Source: Candidatus Methanomethylicia archaeon (GTDB lineage: Archaea > Thermoproteota > Methanomethylicia > CALHIW01). Taken from it: a stretch of DNA of 64,000 nucleotides. A program made the translations under genes and the position numbers. Positions 22,272 through 32,415 of this stretch are shown piece by piece. The notes under the pieces are model-generated. The model made no database searches and was not told the DNA's origin. It was given only the letters and a program-made list of their open reading frames with translations. Location: positions 36,703-100,702 of the forward strand of contig JAWBQF010000006.1 in the NCBI GenBank assembly GCA_038845975.1, in the 5' to 3' direction. Positions within the stretch are counted from its first letter, which is position 1. Each line of letters begins with the position of its first letter.

Positions 22272-22413
22272 TTTGAGGATGTGTTCAACCATTTATTTAA
22301 GCCTTATTGATTTTCCTAAGAACCAAGAAAGCAGATTAGACTTCAAGAATAGATTATACATAACTAGGATTTTAAGCTCCACTATATTTACCCTATAATT
22401 TTGAATTCCTAAT

Positions 22414-22578
22414 AGCTTTGTTGAAATCTATATTCATTTAACCATTTAAAATTAAACCGCTACTGAACTTGAATTCTATTAGGGATAGTATCAGTATTTA
22501 AACCTTAGATTTAGAGCTAATCCAGTAATATATATAGCTATAGAAGATGTATATCTAATAGTTAAAGTCTTAATAGCT
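22414..22578. mobile_element. Decayed short MITE of the same TIR family
   Basis: Left end AGCTTTGTTGAAATC, internal TAAACCTTAGAT, degenerate right end just before the next CDS. Confidence 0.4.
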
Positions 22579-22583
22579 ATGTA

Positions 22584-23900
22584 GTGGTGGAGTTAGTGAG
22601 AGTATGTATTGGTGGAGGAGGGCTTGCAGGGCTTAGTTTAGCCTATTTTTTAAGAGGATTAAATGATGTGATTTTATTGGAGGCTCATAGTAAGATTGGA
22701 GGATTATTAAAATCTGAGACTACTAATACTTTTACGTTTGATATTGGGGGTGCTCATATAATATTTTCGAGGGATAAAGATATTTTAAACTTCATCATAG
22801 ATATTATAGGTAGGGTTGTTAAGCATAGAAGAGATGCTAGAATATATTATAATGGTAAATTCATCAAGTATCCTTTTGAAAACGGTATTTACATGCTTAA
22901 TCCTAAGGAAAGATTCGAAATACTTTTAGACTTTGTAAATAACCTAGTAAGAAGAGAAAAGGGGGAGTTGAAAAAGCCTGAAAATCTTGAAGAATGGTTT
23001 TACTATGTTTTCGGTAAGGCAATTTCGAGAAAGTATTTAGTTCCTTATAATATTAAAATATGGAAGAAACCTTTAAGAAACATATCGACTGAATGGATTA
23101 ATGATAGAATTCCAAATCCCCCAGTAACCGATATATTAAAGGGAGTAGTAGGTATACCTACAGAAGGCTATCTTCACCAGCTAGAATTCTACTATCCTAA
23201 AAGTGGAGGTATAGAAACGTTGGCGAGATCACTTCTAAAAAACATATTGGGAAAAGTAACTATAGAAACAGGAATGAAAATAACAAGCATTAAGATGGGT
23301 AGGGGAGAAATTACTGTTAAAACAGGTAGTAGAAGTATTAAGTGTAACATATTTATAAATACTATACCTCTACCTGAACTAATTAAAGCTATTGATAACA
23401 CTCCGGAGTATATGTTAAAGCTTACTAGAAAGCTTAAATACAATAGTCTTATAGTGGTTGGAGTTGGCTTAAAAAATAGTTTTAAACCATACCACTGGAT
23501 ATATTTCCCCCAACGTAAAGTAACATTCCACAGAGTAGCTGCAATAAGCAATTTCACACCTCAACCTGTAGGTTATTCCTCAATAATATTTGAAACATCA
23601 ACACCACCAAACAGTAAACTATGGAAGCTAAATGATAAGGAGATTACTGAGAAAATACTAGGTGAAGCTGAAGAATTAGAGCTACTGAAGAGGGAGAATG
23701 TAGAGGTAGTAAAGACTTGGAAGTGGAGGTACGCATACATAATATACGATAATGAACATAGTAAAGTAGTAAGTGAAGTATTAAATTATCTAAATGAAAT
23801 TGGCCTATATACTACTGGAAGATTTGGATTATGGAAATATCTAAACATGGACCAGGTAATAATGGAATCGAAAAAACTTACACTAAAAATACTAAAGTAA
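22584..23900 (+). CDS. FAD-dependent oxidoreductase, protoporphyrinogen oxidase/UDP-galactopyranose mutase-like
   Basis: GGGGLAGLS, GGLLKS, FDIGGAHIIF, YN.KIW and GRFGLWKYLNMDQ. Confidence 0.8.
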   Translation: MVELVRVCIGGGGLAGLSLAYFLRGLNDVILLEAHSKIGGLLKSETTNTFTFDIGGAHIIFSRDKDILNFIIDIIGRVVKHRRDARIYYNGKFIKYPFENGIYMLNPKERFEILLDFVNNLVRREKGELKKPENLEEWFYYVFGKAISRKYLVPYNIKIWKKPLRNISTEWINDRIPNPPVTDILKGVVGIPTEGYLHQLEFYYPKSGGIETLARSLLKNILGKVTIETGMKITSIKMGRGEITVKTGSRSIKCNIFINTIPLPELIKAIDNTPEYMLKLTRKLKYNSLIVVGVGLKNSFKPYHWIYFPQRKVTFHRVAAISNFTPQPVGYSSIIFETSTPPNSKLWKLNDKEITEKILGEAEELELLKRENVEVVKTWKWRYAYIIYDNEHSKVVSEVLNYLNEIGLYTTGRFGLWKYLNMDQVIMESKKLTLKILK

Positions 23901-23986
23901 ATCTACATTTTAAAATTTATTAAAACACAATGTAAACTATAGTAAAATTTAAAAAGTTTCAAACAATATAGTATTAGGTGATTCAC

Positions 23987-24037
23987 TTGAAAACTCGTGC
24001 AGGTAAGGGAGGTATTCCATTTCCACTCCCATTATAA
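23987..24037 (+). CDS. Candidate 16-aa peptide gene MKTRAGKGGIPFPLPL
   Basis: TATA-like TTTAAAAA near 23948, AGGTGA RBS at 23976-23981, TTG start, TAA at 24035-24037, T-tract near 24057. GC-richer than its flanks. Confidence 0.4.
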   Translation: MKTRAGKGGIPFPLPL

Positions 24038-24902
24038 ATTAATTCCCGCTACAAACTTTTTTTATTAGTTTACAGTATTCAACATCTTAGCTACTAAATC
24101 CCTAAATTTGTATGTTTAAAATAAAATATGATTTAAATTGTTTCATTCTTTGTTTCAGACATGATGAGCATCTTTTATCGTTTAAGTGTGATTTATTAAA
24201 TTGATGTTATTAAACAACTTAAGAGCTACATAAGTTCTATACTAGTATTTCGTGTTAATATTAAGGTTTAGTAGATTAAGATACTTAATATATTTGTTTT
24301 ATATTCATTTCTAGTTTAAGTAGGTTTTCTATAGCATTATCTAATCATAGATATTTAACAGCTACCGGTAATGGATAAATAAGCCTTAAAATAAATATTA
24401 ATCCATCAAAACTATAGAAGAGCTCTAGATGAAGCTGGATTAATCTAATAAAAGATTGGGTTTATGTAGCTATTTTACAGTTAAGAATATGTTGGAACAT
24501 ATAGGCTATGAGAAGAAGATGGTTAGCTAGCGAAAATAGGAATGAGACAATAATTGTAAAATATACAAAACATCATAATATTAACGATTTATTAATGATT
24601 AAGTATCGTGATGGCAATATTTTCATCGTAGTACATCATGGATTTCTGAATCTCCTAAGGGTCTAAACCACTATACGTTAAAACAGAGGTATATGGAATC
24701 AGTATACTTATCGTTTAGCGGGGAATTAAGTATTCTTAACAGTAGCATCAAATCTAGTAAGCTGCATCCTAGACAATAAAAGAGTAATTGAATACTGGAA
24801 CCTATTCGTAAAGGCTATTCACATTATATTATAATCAAGAAGATGAGTTTAAATTGATAGAATATTCTGTTTCAACCAAAAACTTTTTATTTGTTGAGTT
24901 AA

Positions 24903-26096
24903 TTGATTAGTATGCAAATGCATTATGCTGAGATTCTCAATGGATTAAGCGAATATCTTAAACATATAGATGAGAGAAATGCAAGAATCATTAAAGCTAT
25001 GTGTAAGCATGGTTTGAACATTTCTAGAATATCTAGAGAAACAGGATTACCATTAACTTCTGTAAAGTATCGTGTAGATAAGCTAATTGATAGTGGATTA
25101 ATTAGATTGGTAGCGAAAATAAATTTTCCAAGAATAGGTATTAGAACAGTAGCTACAATACTTTATAAGCCGCAAATTCCAGGGGATTATATTATAGATA
25201 TACTAGCAAAAGCTAATCAATACTTAGCTTTTGCTTCAAAATGCTTCAGTAGCTCTAATAGCATTTATGCTATACATCGTATTCCAATCGGTTATGAAAT
25301 TGATTTTGAAGCATATCTCAATGAGCTTAAAAAACTAAACCTTATAAGAGACTATGAGATTCTATGGACTACAGGTAGCTATTATTCCCCGCCGAGTTTT
25401 GAATGGTTTGATTTTAAGGGTAAGGTATGGGTTTCAAGATGGTCTGACTGGATTAAGGAAATCGATAAGGCATCAGCAATTCTTCCAAAATCTCTAAATA
25501 ATGTTAGTAGTAGAGTATTTAAACTTGATAGTATAGATTCAGAAATCCTATATAGGCTTGAAATGAATGCTACAATTAATATTTCAGCTGTAGCTAGCCA
25601 AATTAATATTTCGCCTCAGCTAGCTAGATACCACTATCTTAAGCATCTTATTGAAACAGGTATTATTGAGGGCTTTGCAGCAATGGTTACTCCCTATCCA
25701 TCAAAACTTCTAGCTCCAGCTATTTTCATCTTTGAGTTTCTAAACAATACATTAATGTCTAAATTTACCAACTCAATAATTGGGAAACCCTTTACCTACT
25801 CAATAATTCGTGTTGCTAACGAAAATAAAATCATTGCTCAGCTTCTCATAAATACTGTTGAAATGATTTCACTCCTTAAAACCTTAAATAGCTTAATAGA
25901 TCTAGGAGTAATTAAAGACTTTAACTATTTCCTATTGGATATATCCAGGTTCTATCATGGAACCCTACCGTACAATGCCTTAAAGGATGGAGTCTGGATA
26001 TATAGTCATAATGAATACGTAGATAAGCTTAGAGCCGTATATGAGGAAATCATAAGAAAAATAAAAACCTCCACTACAAACTTGAAACGCTACTAA
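24903..26096 (+). CDS. Large transcriptional regulator with two tandem Lrp/AsnC-like wHTH modules
   Basis: N-terminal IDERNARII...ISRETGLPLTSVKYRVDKL and internal LDSIDSEILYRLEMNA...VASQINISPQLARYHY, each followed by a RAM-like region. Confidence 0.7.
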   Translation: MISMQMHYAEILNGLSEYLKHIDERNARIIKAMCKHGLNISRISRETGLPLTSVKYRVDKLIDSGLIRLVAKINFPRIGIRTVATILYKPQIPGDYIIDILAKANQYLAFASKCFSSSNSIYAIHRIPIGYEIDFEAYLNELKKLNLIRDYEILWTTGSYYSPPSFEWFDFKGKVWVSRWSDWIKEIDKASAILPKSLNNVSSRVFKLDSIDSEILYRLEMNATINISAVASQINISPQLARYHYLKHLIETGIIEGFAAMVTPYPSKLLAPAIFIFEFLNNTLMSKFTNSIIGKPFTYSIIRVANENKIIAQLLINTVEMISLLKTLNSLIDLGVIKDFNYFLLDISRFYHGTLPYNALKDGVWIYSHNEYVDKLRAVYEEIIRKIKTSTTNLKRY

Positions 26097-26185
26097 TTTA
26101 ATCTCTTCTCTTTCTAAGTTACGATTAAATACTTTAAGATTGGAAAGTATTATATATCCTTTTATTTATAACTGTAGGGATTAGC

Positions 26186-26884
26186 TTGAATGGAGCTGCA
26201 TATCTTAGAGTTTCAACTGAGCTTCAGGGAACTGAGGATCAGAGAAGAGCAATAGAGGATTTCGCGTTTAGGAATGGTATAGTGATTACTGGATGGTTTC
26301 AGGATCCTGATGTTTCAGGAGCTATTCCAGCTTTTGAAAGGAAGGGGTTTAGGGAGATGCTGGACTATATGGCTAGGGAAAACATTAAAACAATAGTTGT
26401 ATATGCTTTAGATAGGCTTGGTAGAAGCTTTACTGATATATTTAGAACCCTGAATGAGCTTGATAAGTATGGTATAACTGTTTTTAGTGTTCGAGATAGC
26501 TTTCTTCAAACTCTTGATCAAAGCATTAGAAAACTTGTTTTAGCCGTTTTAGCATGGGCTTCAGAATATGAGGTTAAGCTAATAAGGGAGAGAGTTAGGC
26601 TTGCAATGAGGAGAAGGGAAGTTCAAAGTAAACTTAACAATATCCGTAAAGTATCTAGAATAAGTAGTGAGTCTAGAAAGCTAATAGCTGATCTTTACGG
26701 TCAGGGATGGTCTCTAAGAAGAATAGCTAAAGCACTAAACCTAACACTATACAGTGTTAGAAAGATTCTGATTGAGGAGGGTATTATAGAACCTAATGGA
26801 TGTCCAAGATGTAGCCATAAACTATTCTGGGACGATATAGATAACACTTATAAATGTAGAAACTGCGGATATAGAAAACTGTAA
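26186..26884 (+). CDS. Small serine recombinase (resolvase/invertase family) with C-terminal HTH and Zn ribbon
   Basis: Catalytic YLRVST, DVSG, R.GF..ML, VYALDRLGRS, E...IRERV. HTH GWSLRRIAKALNLTLYSVRKIL. CPRC...CRNCGY. Confidence 0.88.
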   Translation: MNGAAYLRVSTELQGTEDQRRAIEDFAFRNGIVITGWFQDPDVSGAIPAFERKGFREMLDYMARENIKTIVVYALDRLGRSFTDIFRTLNELDKYGITVFSVRDSFLQTLDQSIRKLVLAVLAWASEYEVKLIRERVRLAMRRREVQSKLNNIRKVSRISSESRKLIADLYGQGWSLRRIAKALNLTLYSVRKILIEEGIIEPNGCPRCSHKLFWDDIDNTYKCRNCGYRKL

Positions 26885-27007
26885 ACTACAGTTTCTTATT
26901 AATTATTATTCTGATTCATCACGGAATCCAGGTTTCCTCTTACACAATGTTTATGGGCTTAATTTACTACAGTAAAGTATAAATGTAGAGGTATAGACTC
27001 TAAATAG

Positions 27008-28009
27008 ATGCTTATGGTTTCGTTTAGGGCCTGGACAGTAGTATCGACAATTCTTATCTTCATAATACTTATAATTTACGGCTTTCTTTTTGAGGCTGAG
27101 TTTGAAACCATACTGAGAGTTTCATGGATTCTTGCCATATTAGGGTTTACGCTTAATTTCGCTATGATCCTAATTACTAGTATTAGACTTTATGTTTTAT
27201 GTAGAATACTACATGTCGATATAGGGTTATTGGACTCGATAATTATTAGAGGGGTTGGAATGTTTACATCCCATATTACTCCAACACTTATCGGCGGTGA
27301 ACCTGTAAGAGCAATACTTCTACAGAAATTATCGAGAAACAATTCATCAATAGGCTTAGTTTCAAGCATAGTTTTCATAGAGACCTATCTTGACGTTATT
27401 ATCTGTAATTTTTTAACCCTACTTCTCGGATTTACTGATATTGCTGGGAGAAGTATTAAGGTTACATTACCGTATTTAGCGGCTTTATATCAGATTGTTT
27501 CATGGACTATCATATTACTTGTCGGATTACATAGCGTATCAAATAGTAAAATTTTAGGTTTTCTAAGTAGACATACAAGAATAGGAATTGATAAAATAAG
27601 ATTTGAGGGGAGGGAATTCATACAGGGATTTAGAAAAATCCTAAGACCATACGGTTTACTAGTAATATTTACCTCAATATGTTCACTCCTAGCTGGAGCC
27701 TTAATATTCATGCTTGCCAGCTTTATAAGCAGAGAACATTTAAGTCTTAATGCCTCCCTGAAGGGATTTGTATTTGCGTCATCCCTTGGAGTAAGTCCAC
27801 TACCTGGTGGTGCTCTTGGAGTTGAGTATGGAGCATCCCTAATAGCAAACGCAACCACAGTTATAATGTGGAGGTTTATGTCATATTATATGCTTCTCCT
27901 AATTGGAGGATTAATAACAATATATACCGTGCGAAAATTGAATATCATAATATCCAATAAGAACAGTTTGAAAGCTAAACATAATGGAGGCTATGCGGAA
28001 TCCATATAG
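27008..28009 (+). CDS. Lysylphosphatidylglycerol synthase TM / AglD2-type flippase-like membrane protein
   Basis: Multi-TM protein with ITPTLIGGEPVRA, PLPGGALGVEYG and WRFMSYY motifs. Confidence 0.8.
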   Translation: MLMVSFRAWTVVSTILIFIILIIYGFLFEAEFETILRVSWILAILGFTLNFAMILITSIRLYVLCRILHVDIGLLDSIIIRGVGMFTSHITPTLIGGEPVRAILLQKLSRNNSSIGLVSSIVFIETYLDVIICNFLTLLLGFTDIAGRSIKVTLPYLAALYQIVSWTIILLVGLHSVSNSKILGFLSRHTRIGIDKIRFEGREFIQGFRKILRPYGLLVIFTSICSLLAGALIFMLASFISREHLSLNASLKGFVFASSLGVSPLPGGALGVEYGASLIANATTVIMWRFMSYYMLLLIGGLITIYTVRKLNIIISNKNSLKAKHNGGYAESI

Positions 28010-28069
28010 GAGTAGGATAAATATATTAATGTATCCGTCCACAATTTATAGCTATATATTTTTACGATT

Positions 28070-28100
28070 TCCTATATGGGTTAAACCCATGGATTCCCGA
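28070..28100. mobile_element. Possible IS200/IS605-type terminal hairpin remnant
   Basis: Perfect hairpin ATGGGTT-A-AACCCAT (28076-28090) followed by GGATTCCCG, resembling archaeal IS605 subterminal hairpins. No intact tnpA or tnpB. Confidence 0.3.
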
Positions 28101-28331
28101 TTAAACTCAACTATGCTTCTCTGTATTCACATATTTCTCGAATAGCTTTAGGAAGTCCACCTCGATATCATCTATCTCACTACGCATGGTTCGCCATAAA
28201 TGTAGTGGATTACACTAAAATTTACATTAAAGTATTCTTCATAATCATCATTAAATAACCTTCTCAGCAAATCCTGGTATGTTAACTCTAAACCGCGTAA
28301 AGTTAATATTTATGTAGCTTAGATTTAGGCT

Positions 28332-29792
28332 ATGAGTAAGTTTTCATTCAGTAATCTACCTAGAATCCATTTCTTATCAAGTGAAAGCATTAGGGTAATA
28401 CATGAGGCAAGCATAAGCCTCCTCGAGAAGATAGGTGTTTTAGTGCAGAGTAAGGATGTGTTAAAGCTGCTTAGAGATGCTGGATGCGAGGTTAATGCTA
28501 GAGGTAGAGTTAAAATTCCTGAACATCTTGTTAATGAATGTATTAAGTCAGCTCCATCATCAGTAAGAATTTATAGTAGGGATGGAAAACATGACTTAAA
28601 TGTCGAGGGTGATAACGTATATTTTAATCCAGGCTCTGCAGCAATATCAATTCTAGACTTTGAAACGGAATCTATTCGTCCACCTACCGTTAGGGATCTA
28701 TTAAATCTTGTTATTGTTACTGATTATCTTAATAATATTCATGCTCAAAGCACAGCTCTTGTACCGTCAGATGTTCCTGAGGAGGTGAAGGATAGGGTAA
28801 GACTCTACATAGCATTAAAATACTCAACTAAACCAGTTATTACAGGTGCTTTTACTATTGATGGATTACATGATATGAAGAAAATGCTTGATATTGTTGC
28901 TGGATATGATTCCAGTAGAAAGCCTATGGCGGTATTTGATGTATGTCCATCCCCACCATTAAAGTGGAGTGAGCTAACAGTTACCAATCTAGTTGACTGT
29001 GCAAGATACCGTATTCCAGCTGAGCTCGTATCAATGCCTCAAATAGGTGCAACAGGTCCAGCAACACTTGCAGGATGTCTTATCCAACATACTGCTGAAA
29101 ACCTTTCAGGAATAGTTATACATCAACTTACAAGTAGGGGAGCTCCGATAATCTATGGAGGCTCACCAGCCCTCCTAGATATGAGGAGTGGAATGTCGTG
29201 TATGGCTACTCCAGAGGTAATGCTTCTAATAAGTGGATATGTTGAAATAGGTAAATACTATGGGCTTCCAACACATGGATATCTAGGCTTAAGCGATACT
29301 AAAACTGTTGATTATCAGGCAGGATTAGAATCATCCATGGGTATTCTAATAGGAGCATTAAAGGGGGTTAATATTGTTTCAGGAGCTGGAATGATGGATT
29401 TTGAAAGCTGTCAAAGCCTAGAAAAGCTCGTACTAGATAATGAGATATGCGGATACGCGTTGAGAATCGTTAAGGGGATAAATGTAACTGAGGAAACATT
29501 AGCAATAAATGTCTTCAATGAGGCTATTGAGAAGGGAGGATTTATATCCCTAAAACATACAATGAAATGGTTTAAAAGCGAACAATACTTTCCAGCTAAA
29601 TTAATTGATAGGGATTCCCGTAGGAAATGGATGGATAAGGGATCCAAGAATGCTTGGAGGAGAGCTAAGGAGGAGGTGGAAAGAATACTTAAAGAACATA
29701 AGCCACAATCGCTTTCAAACGATATTGAAAGGGAGCTTAACGAATTTACGAAATCGGTAATGAAGAGATATGGAGCTAAACTAATATTTTAA
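28332..29792 (+). CDS. mttB: Trimethylamine methyltransferase (MttB) superfamily protein, non-pyrrolysine
   Basis: IHEASISLLEKIGV, SPPLKW, GATGPATLAG, GAP.IYG, YGLP...SDTK.VDYQAGLES, GAGM and EKLVLDNE. Uninterrupted 486-aa ORF with no in-frame TAG. Confidence 0.88.
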   Translation: MSKFSFSNLPRIHFLSSESIRVIHEASISLLEKIGVLVQSKDVLKLLRDAGCEVNARGRVKIPEHLVNECIKSAPSSVRIYSRDGKHDLNVEGDNVYFNPGSAAISILDFETESIRPPTVRDLLNLVIVTDYLNNIHAQSTALVPSDVPEEVKDRVRLYIALKYSTKPVITGAFTIDGLHDMKKMLDIVAGYDSSRKPMAVFDVCPSPPLKWSELTVTNLVDCARYRIPAELVSMPQIGATGPATLAGCLIQHTAENLSGIVIHQLTSRGAPIIYGGSPALLDMRSGMSCMATPEVMLLISGYVEIGKYYGLPTHGYLGLSDTKTVDYQAGLESSMGILIGALKGVNIVSGAGMMDFESCQSLEKLVLDNEICGYALRIVKGINVTEETLAINVFNEAIEKGGFISLKHTMKWFKSEQYFPAKLIDRDSRRKWMDKGSKNAWRRAKEEVERILKEHKPQSLSNDIERELNEFTKSVMKRYGAKLIF

Positions 29793-30198
29793 ACTTCAAC
29801 ATCCCCGCTAAAGTAGAGAATTCCGAATTTGTAAATTTCAGTTATTTATTTTACATCTTTACGGCTTATATTTCGCTAAATAGTTATAGCAATGCTACCT
29901 CCAGGATATTATTTTCTATATGGTTATTACGGTAGAATATTAAGTTAATAAGGATCCTAATGTTATAAACCTATTAGTAAGATACCATTAATAAAATCTA
30001 ACAGTATACTTCCATAGCGATGAGGAAACTAGAAGCTCTTATGGAAGTACATATAAACATCATAACAATCAATATGATGCCCTATACTGTTTAAAGCTAT
30101 TAGGTTTGTTGGAAAACTATGAGTAAAGATTAAATTCATAAAGTCTTTAAGTTCGGGAAAAGTATATAAGGGTAAGCGGGAAATATTCCGGATTCAAT

Positions 30199-32415
30199 AT
30201 GCATATTAAATTAAGTCTAACGGCGTTGATGTTAGCTATACTAGTACTTTTACCGATTATGTTTGCGGAGGAGCTTAAGCCTATAGAGGGAGCTACTGTT
30301 ACTGTTTACGGAGATAATGGAGAGGGATTTGCTGTAACGGATTATAATGGTCTTTTTAAGGTAGTAGAGGGCTTAGGGGAGGGCATTTATACAGCTAGAA
30401 TTAGCGCTAAGGGATTTATTTCAAAATCCATTGAGAACATTTTGGTTAAGGCTGGTGAAACTAGGGATTTAGGTGATATTGAGCTGAAGCCATCAGCTAC
30501 CATAATGGGTATTGTAGAGACGCCCGATGGAAAGCCAGTACCATCAGTACCTGTATTCCTAAAAAATTCAGAAGGAAAAATTATTGCTCCACCAACTATT
30601 ACTTCAAGTAATGGAGCCTTCATATTTGATACAGACGTAACTACCGGAACATATATTGTTGAGGCATATCCATTTTCCTTCGAGGGATTTACGTTTCAAA
30701 CAATAAGTTTAGGTCCATTTGGAAGCATGTCCTTCCCAGCTCCTAAAGCCGGCAAATCCTTTCTTGAAGGATTTAGCTCAGGCTACACTTCAGGTATTAG
30801 TGTAGTTCAAGGTGGAGTTGTAGATGGAGTAGTTGTGAAGCTTACTCCTTCAGGAATAATTTCCGGTAGAGTTACGGATACTCAGGATAATCCGATAGCT
30901 AATGTGATTGTAATAGCCTTTCAGCCTAAAGGAGAGGGATTTAATGGCTTCTTCGCCTTAACGGATACTAATGGAAGATATAGAATAGCTAATAATCTAC
31001 CTACAGGAGATTATAATGTTACGTTATTATTCCCTAAAGGATATGTATGGAAATTTACAGATACTAGAGGAGTTCATGTAGTGGCGGGAAAGGAGACAGG
31101 TAATGTGGACTTTAAGCTGGAGAAATCCGGAGTAATATCTGGAGTAGTGGTATGTCCAGGTGATATACCCGTAGCAAACGTAACGGTTATAGCTGTATCA
31201 AAGGAGTATTTCAGCTTCACCTTTACGGGTATTGATGGTAAGTTTAGAATCGATTCAGGTTTAGGAAGTGGAAGCTATGAAGTCATAGCGTATGCTGGAG
31301 GATTTACATTTTCAAGACCAGTAAGCGTAGATGTTACTGCAGGTCAGGAAACAGGAAATATAAGAATATCGCTACCAACATGTAGAGCAGCAGCAATAGT
31401 TGAAGGTAGGGTTACCGATATTAATGGTAAACCAATTATGGATGCCGCTATCTCAACTACTGGAGGATCAACACGTACAGGAAGCGATGGTAGATACCAG
31501 CTTACCGTAGAGCTTCCAGGAAATATAAAAACAGCAAAAATAAATATTCAAGCATCAAAGAGAGGATATGAAACATCAATTAAAGAAGTTCAAATAACAG
31601 CTGGGGAAATAACGAGAAATATAGACTTCACCCTAACTCCAATGAAGACAGGGGTAATTACTGGAAGAGTAGTATATAAAACACTAATAACCCCTACACC
31701 AACAATAACCCCTACTTCCTCTCCAACTACTTCTCCTACTCCAACCCCCTCACCTTCTCCAACCCCAACTACAACTCCTACATCAACACCAGCTTCCCCA
31801 ACTCCCTCACCAACTCCTCCGCCCAGTAAGGGTTTATGTGTTATTGCTACAGCCACCTTCGGCTCTGAGCTTTCACCTGAAGTCGAGTTTTTAAGATGGT
31901 TTAGGGATGGCTTAATATTAAGAACATATTCTGGTAAGTGTTTCTATACAGCCTTCAATGCCTTCTATTATTCTTGGAGTCCTAATGTTGCAGGCTTTAT
32001 AAGCCAAAATGAAGTGTTTAGATCAGTAGTTAAGTTAATGCTTTATCCATTAATAGGATTGCTAAAGTTAACAGCTCTCTCAACAATTCCGATATTTCAA
32101 ATAGCTCCTGAAGTAGCAGCGATTACAGCTGGATTCATAGCTTCAACACTAATAGCATTAATATACATAGTGCCAATAATATTCCTATTAATCTTAAAAG
32201 GAGTACTTCCATCAAGAATTGAAGGTTTAAGGGAGATATCAAAAGCATTATGGCAAATAACCGCTCTAGTAATATTAACAATCATCATCGGTCTAAATAT
32301 CGGTAGCCCCCCTCTACTAACGATTTCAACATCAATTTATGTATTGCTAGTGATGGTGTCAACAACCATTACAGCAATACATCTAATACAGGCAGTTAAA
32401 ACACATAAATCCTAA
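30199..32415 (+). CDS. Secreted surface protein with carboxypeptidase-regulatory-like (beta-sandwich) repeats, Pro/Thr linker and CFI-box-CTERM domain
   Basis: Signal peptide, about 5 repeats of G.ISG.V.D..G.PI....V, a PT-rich linker, and CVIATATFGSELSPEVEFLRWFRD...FN.FYYSWSP followed by TM helices. Confidence 0.8.
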   Translation: MHIKLSLTALMLAILVLLPIMFAEELKPIEGATVTVYGDNGEGFAVTDYNGLFKVVEGLGEGIYTARISAKGFISKSIENILVKAGETRDLGDIELKPSATIMGIVETPDGKPVPSVPVFLKNSEGKIIAPPTITSSNGAFIFDTDVTTGTYIVEAYPFSFEGFTFQTISLGPFGSMSFPAPKAGKSFLEGFSSGYTSGISVVQGGVVDGVVVKLTPSGIISGRVTDTQDNPIANVIVIAFQPKGEGFNGFFALTDTNGRYRIANNLPTGDYNVTLLFPKGYVWKFTDTRGVHVVAGKETGNVDFKLEKSGVISGVVVCPGDIPVANVTVIAVSKEYFSFTFTGIDGKFRIDSGLGSGSYEVIAYAGGFTFSRPVSVDVTAGQETGNIRISLPTCRAAAIVEGRVTDINGKPIMDAAISTTGGSTRTGSDGRYQLTVELPGNIKTAKINIQASKRGYETSIKEVQITAGEITRNIDFTLTPMKTGVITGRVVYKTLITPTPTITPTSSPTTSPTPTPSPSPTPTTTPTSTPASPTPSPTPPPSKGLCVIATATFGSELSPEVEFLRWFRDGLILRTYSGKCFYTAFNAFYYSWSPNVAGFISQNEVFRSVVKLMLYPLIGLLKLTALSTIPIFQIAPEVAAITAGFIASTLIALIYIVPIIFLLILKGVLPSRIEGLREISKALWQITALVILTIIIGLNIGSPPLLTISTSIYVLLVMVSTTITAIHLIQAVKTHKS

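Noticed and set aside
24480-24850. Possible pseudogene upstream of the double-Lrp regulator
   Set aside because: It looks coding-like but has multiple stops and no convincing motif.
26186-26884. IS607 transposon
   Set aside because: IS607 TnpA has an N-terminal HTH and usually a downstream tnpB. Neither is present.
28332-29792. Pyrrolysine recoding
   Set aside because: The ORF is full length with no in-frame TAG, and no pyl genes or tRNA-Pyl are seen.
31680-31830. C-rich low-complexity tract as a regulatory repeat
   Set aside because: Explained by the Pro/Thr linker codons of the surface protein.
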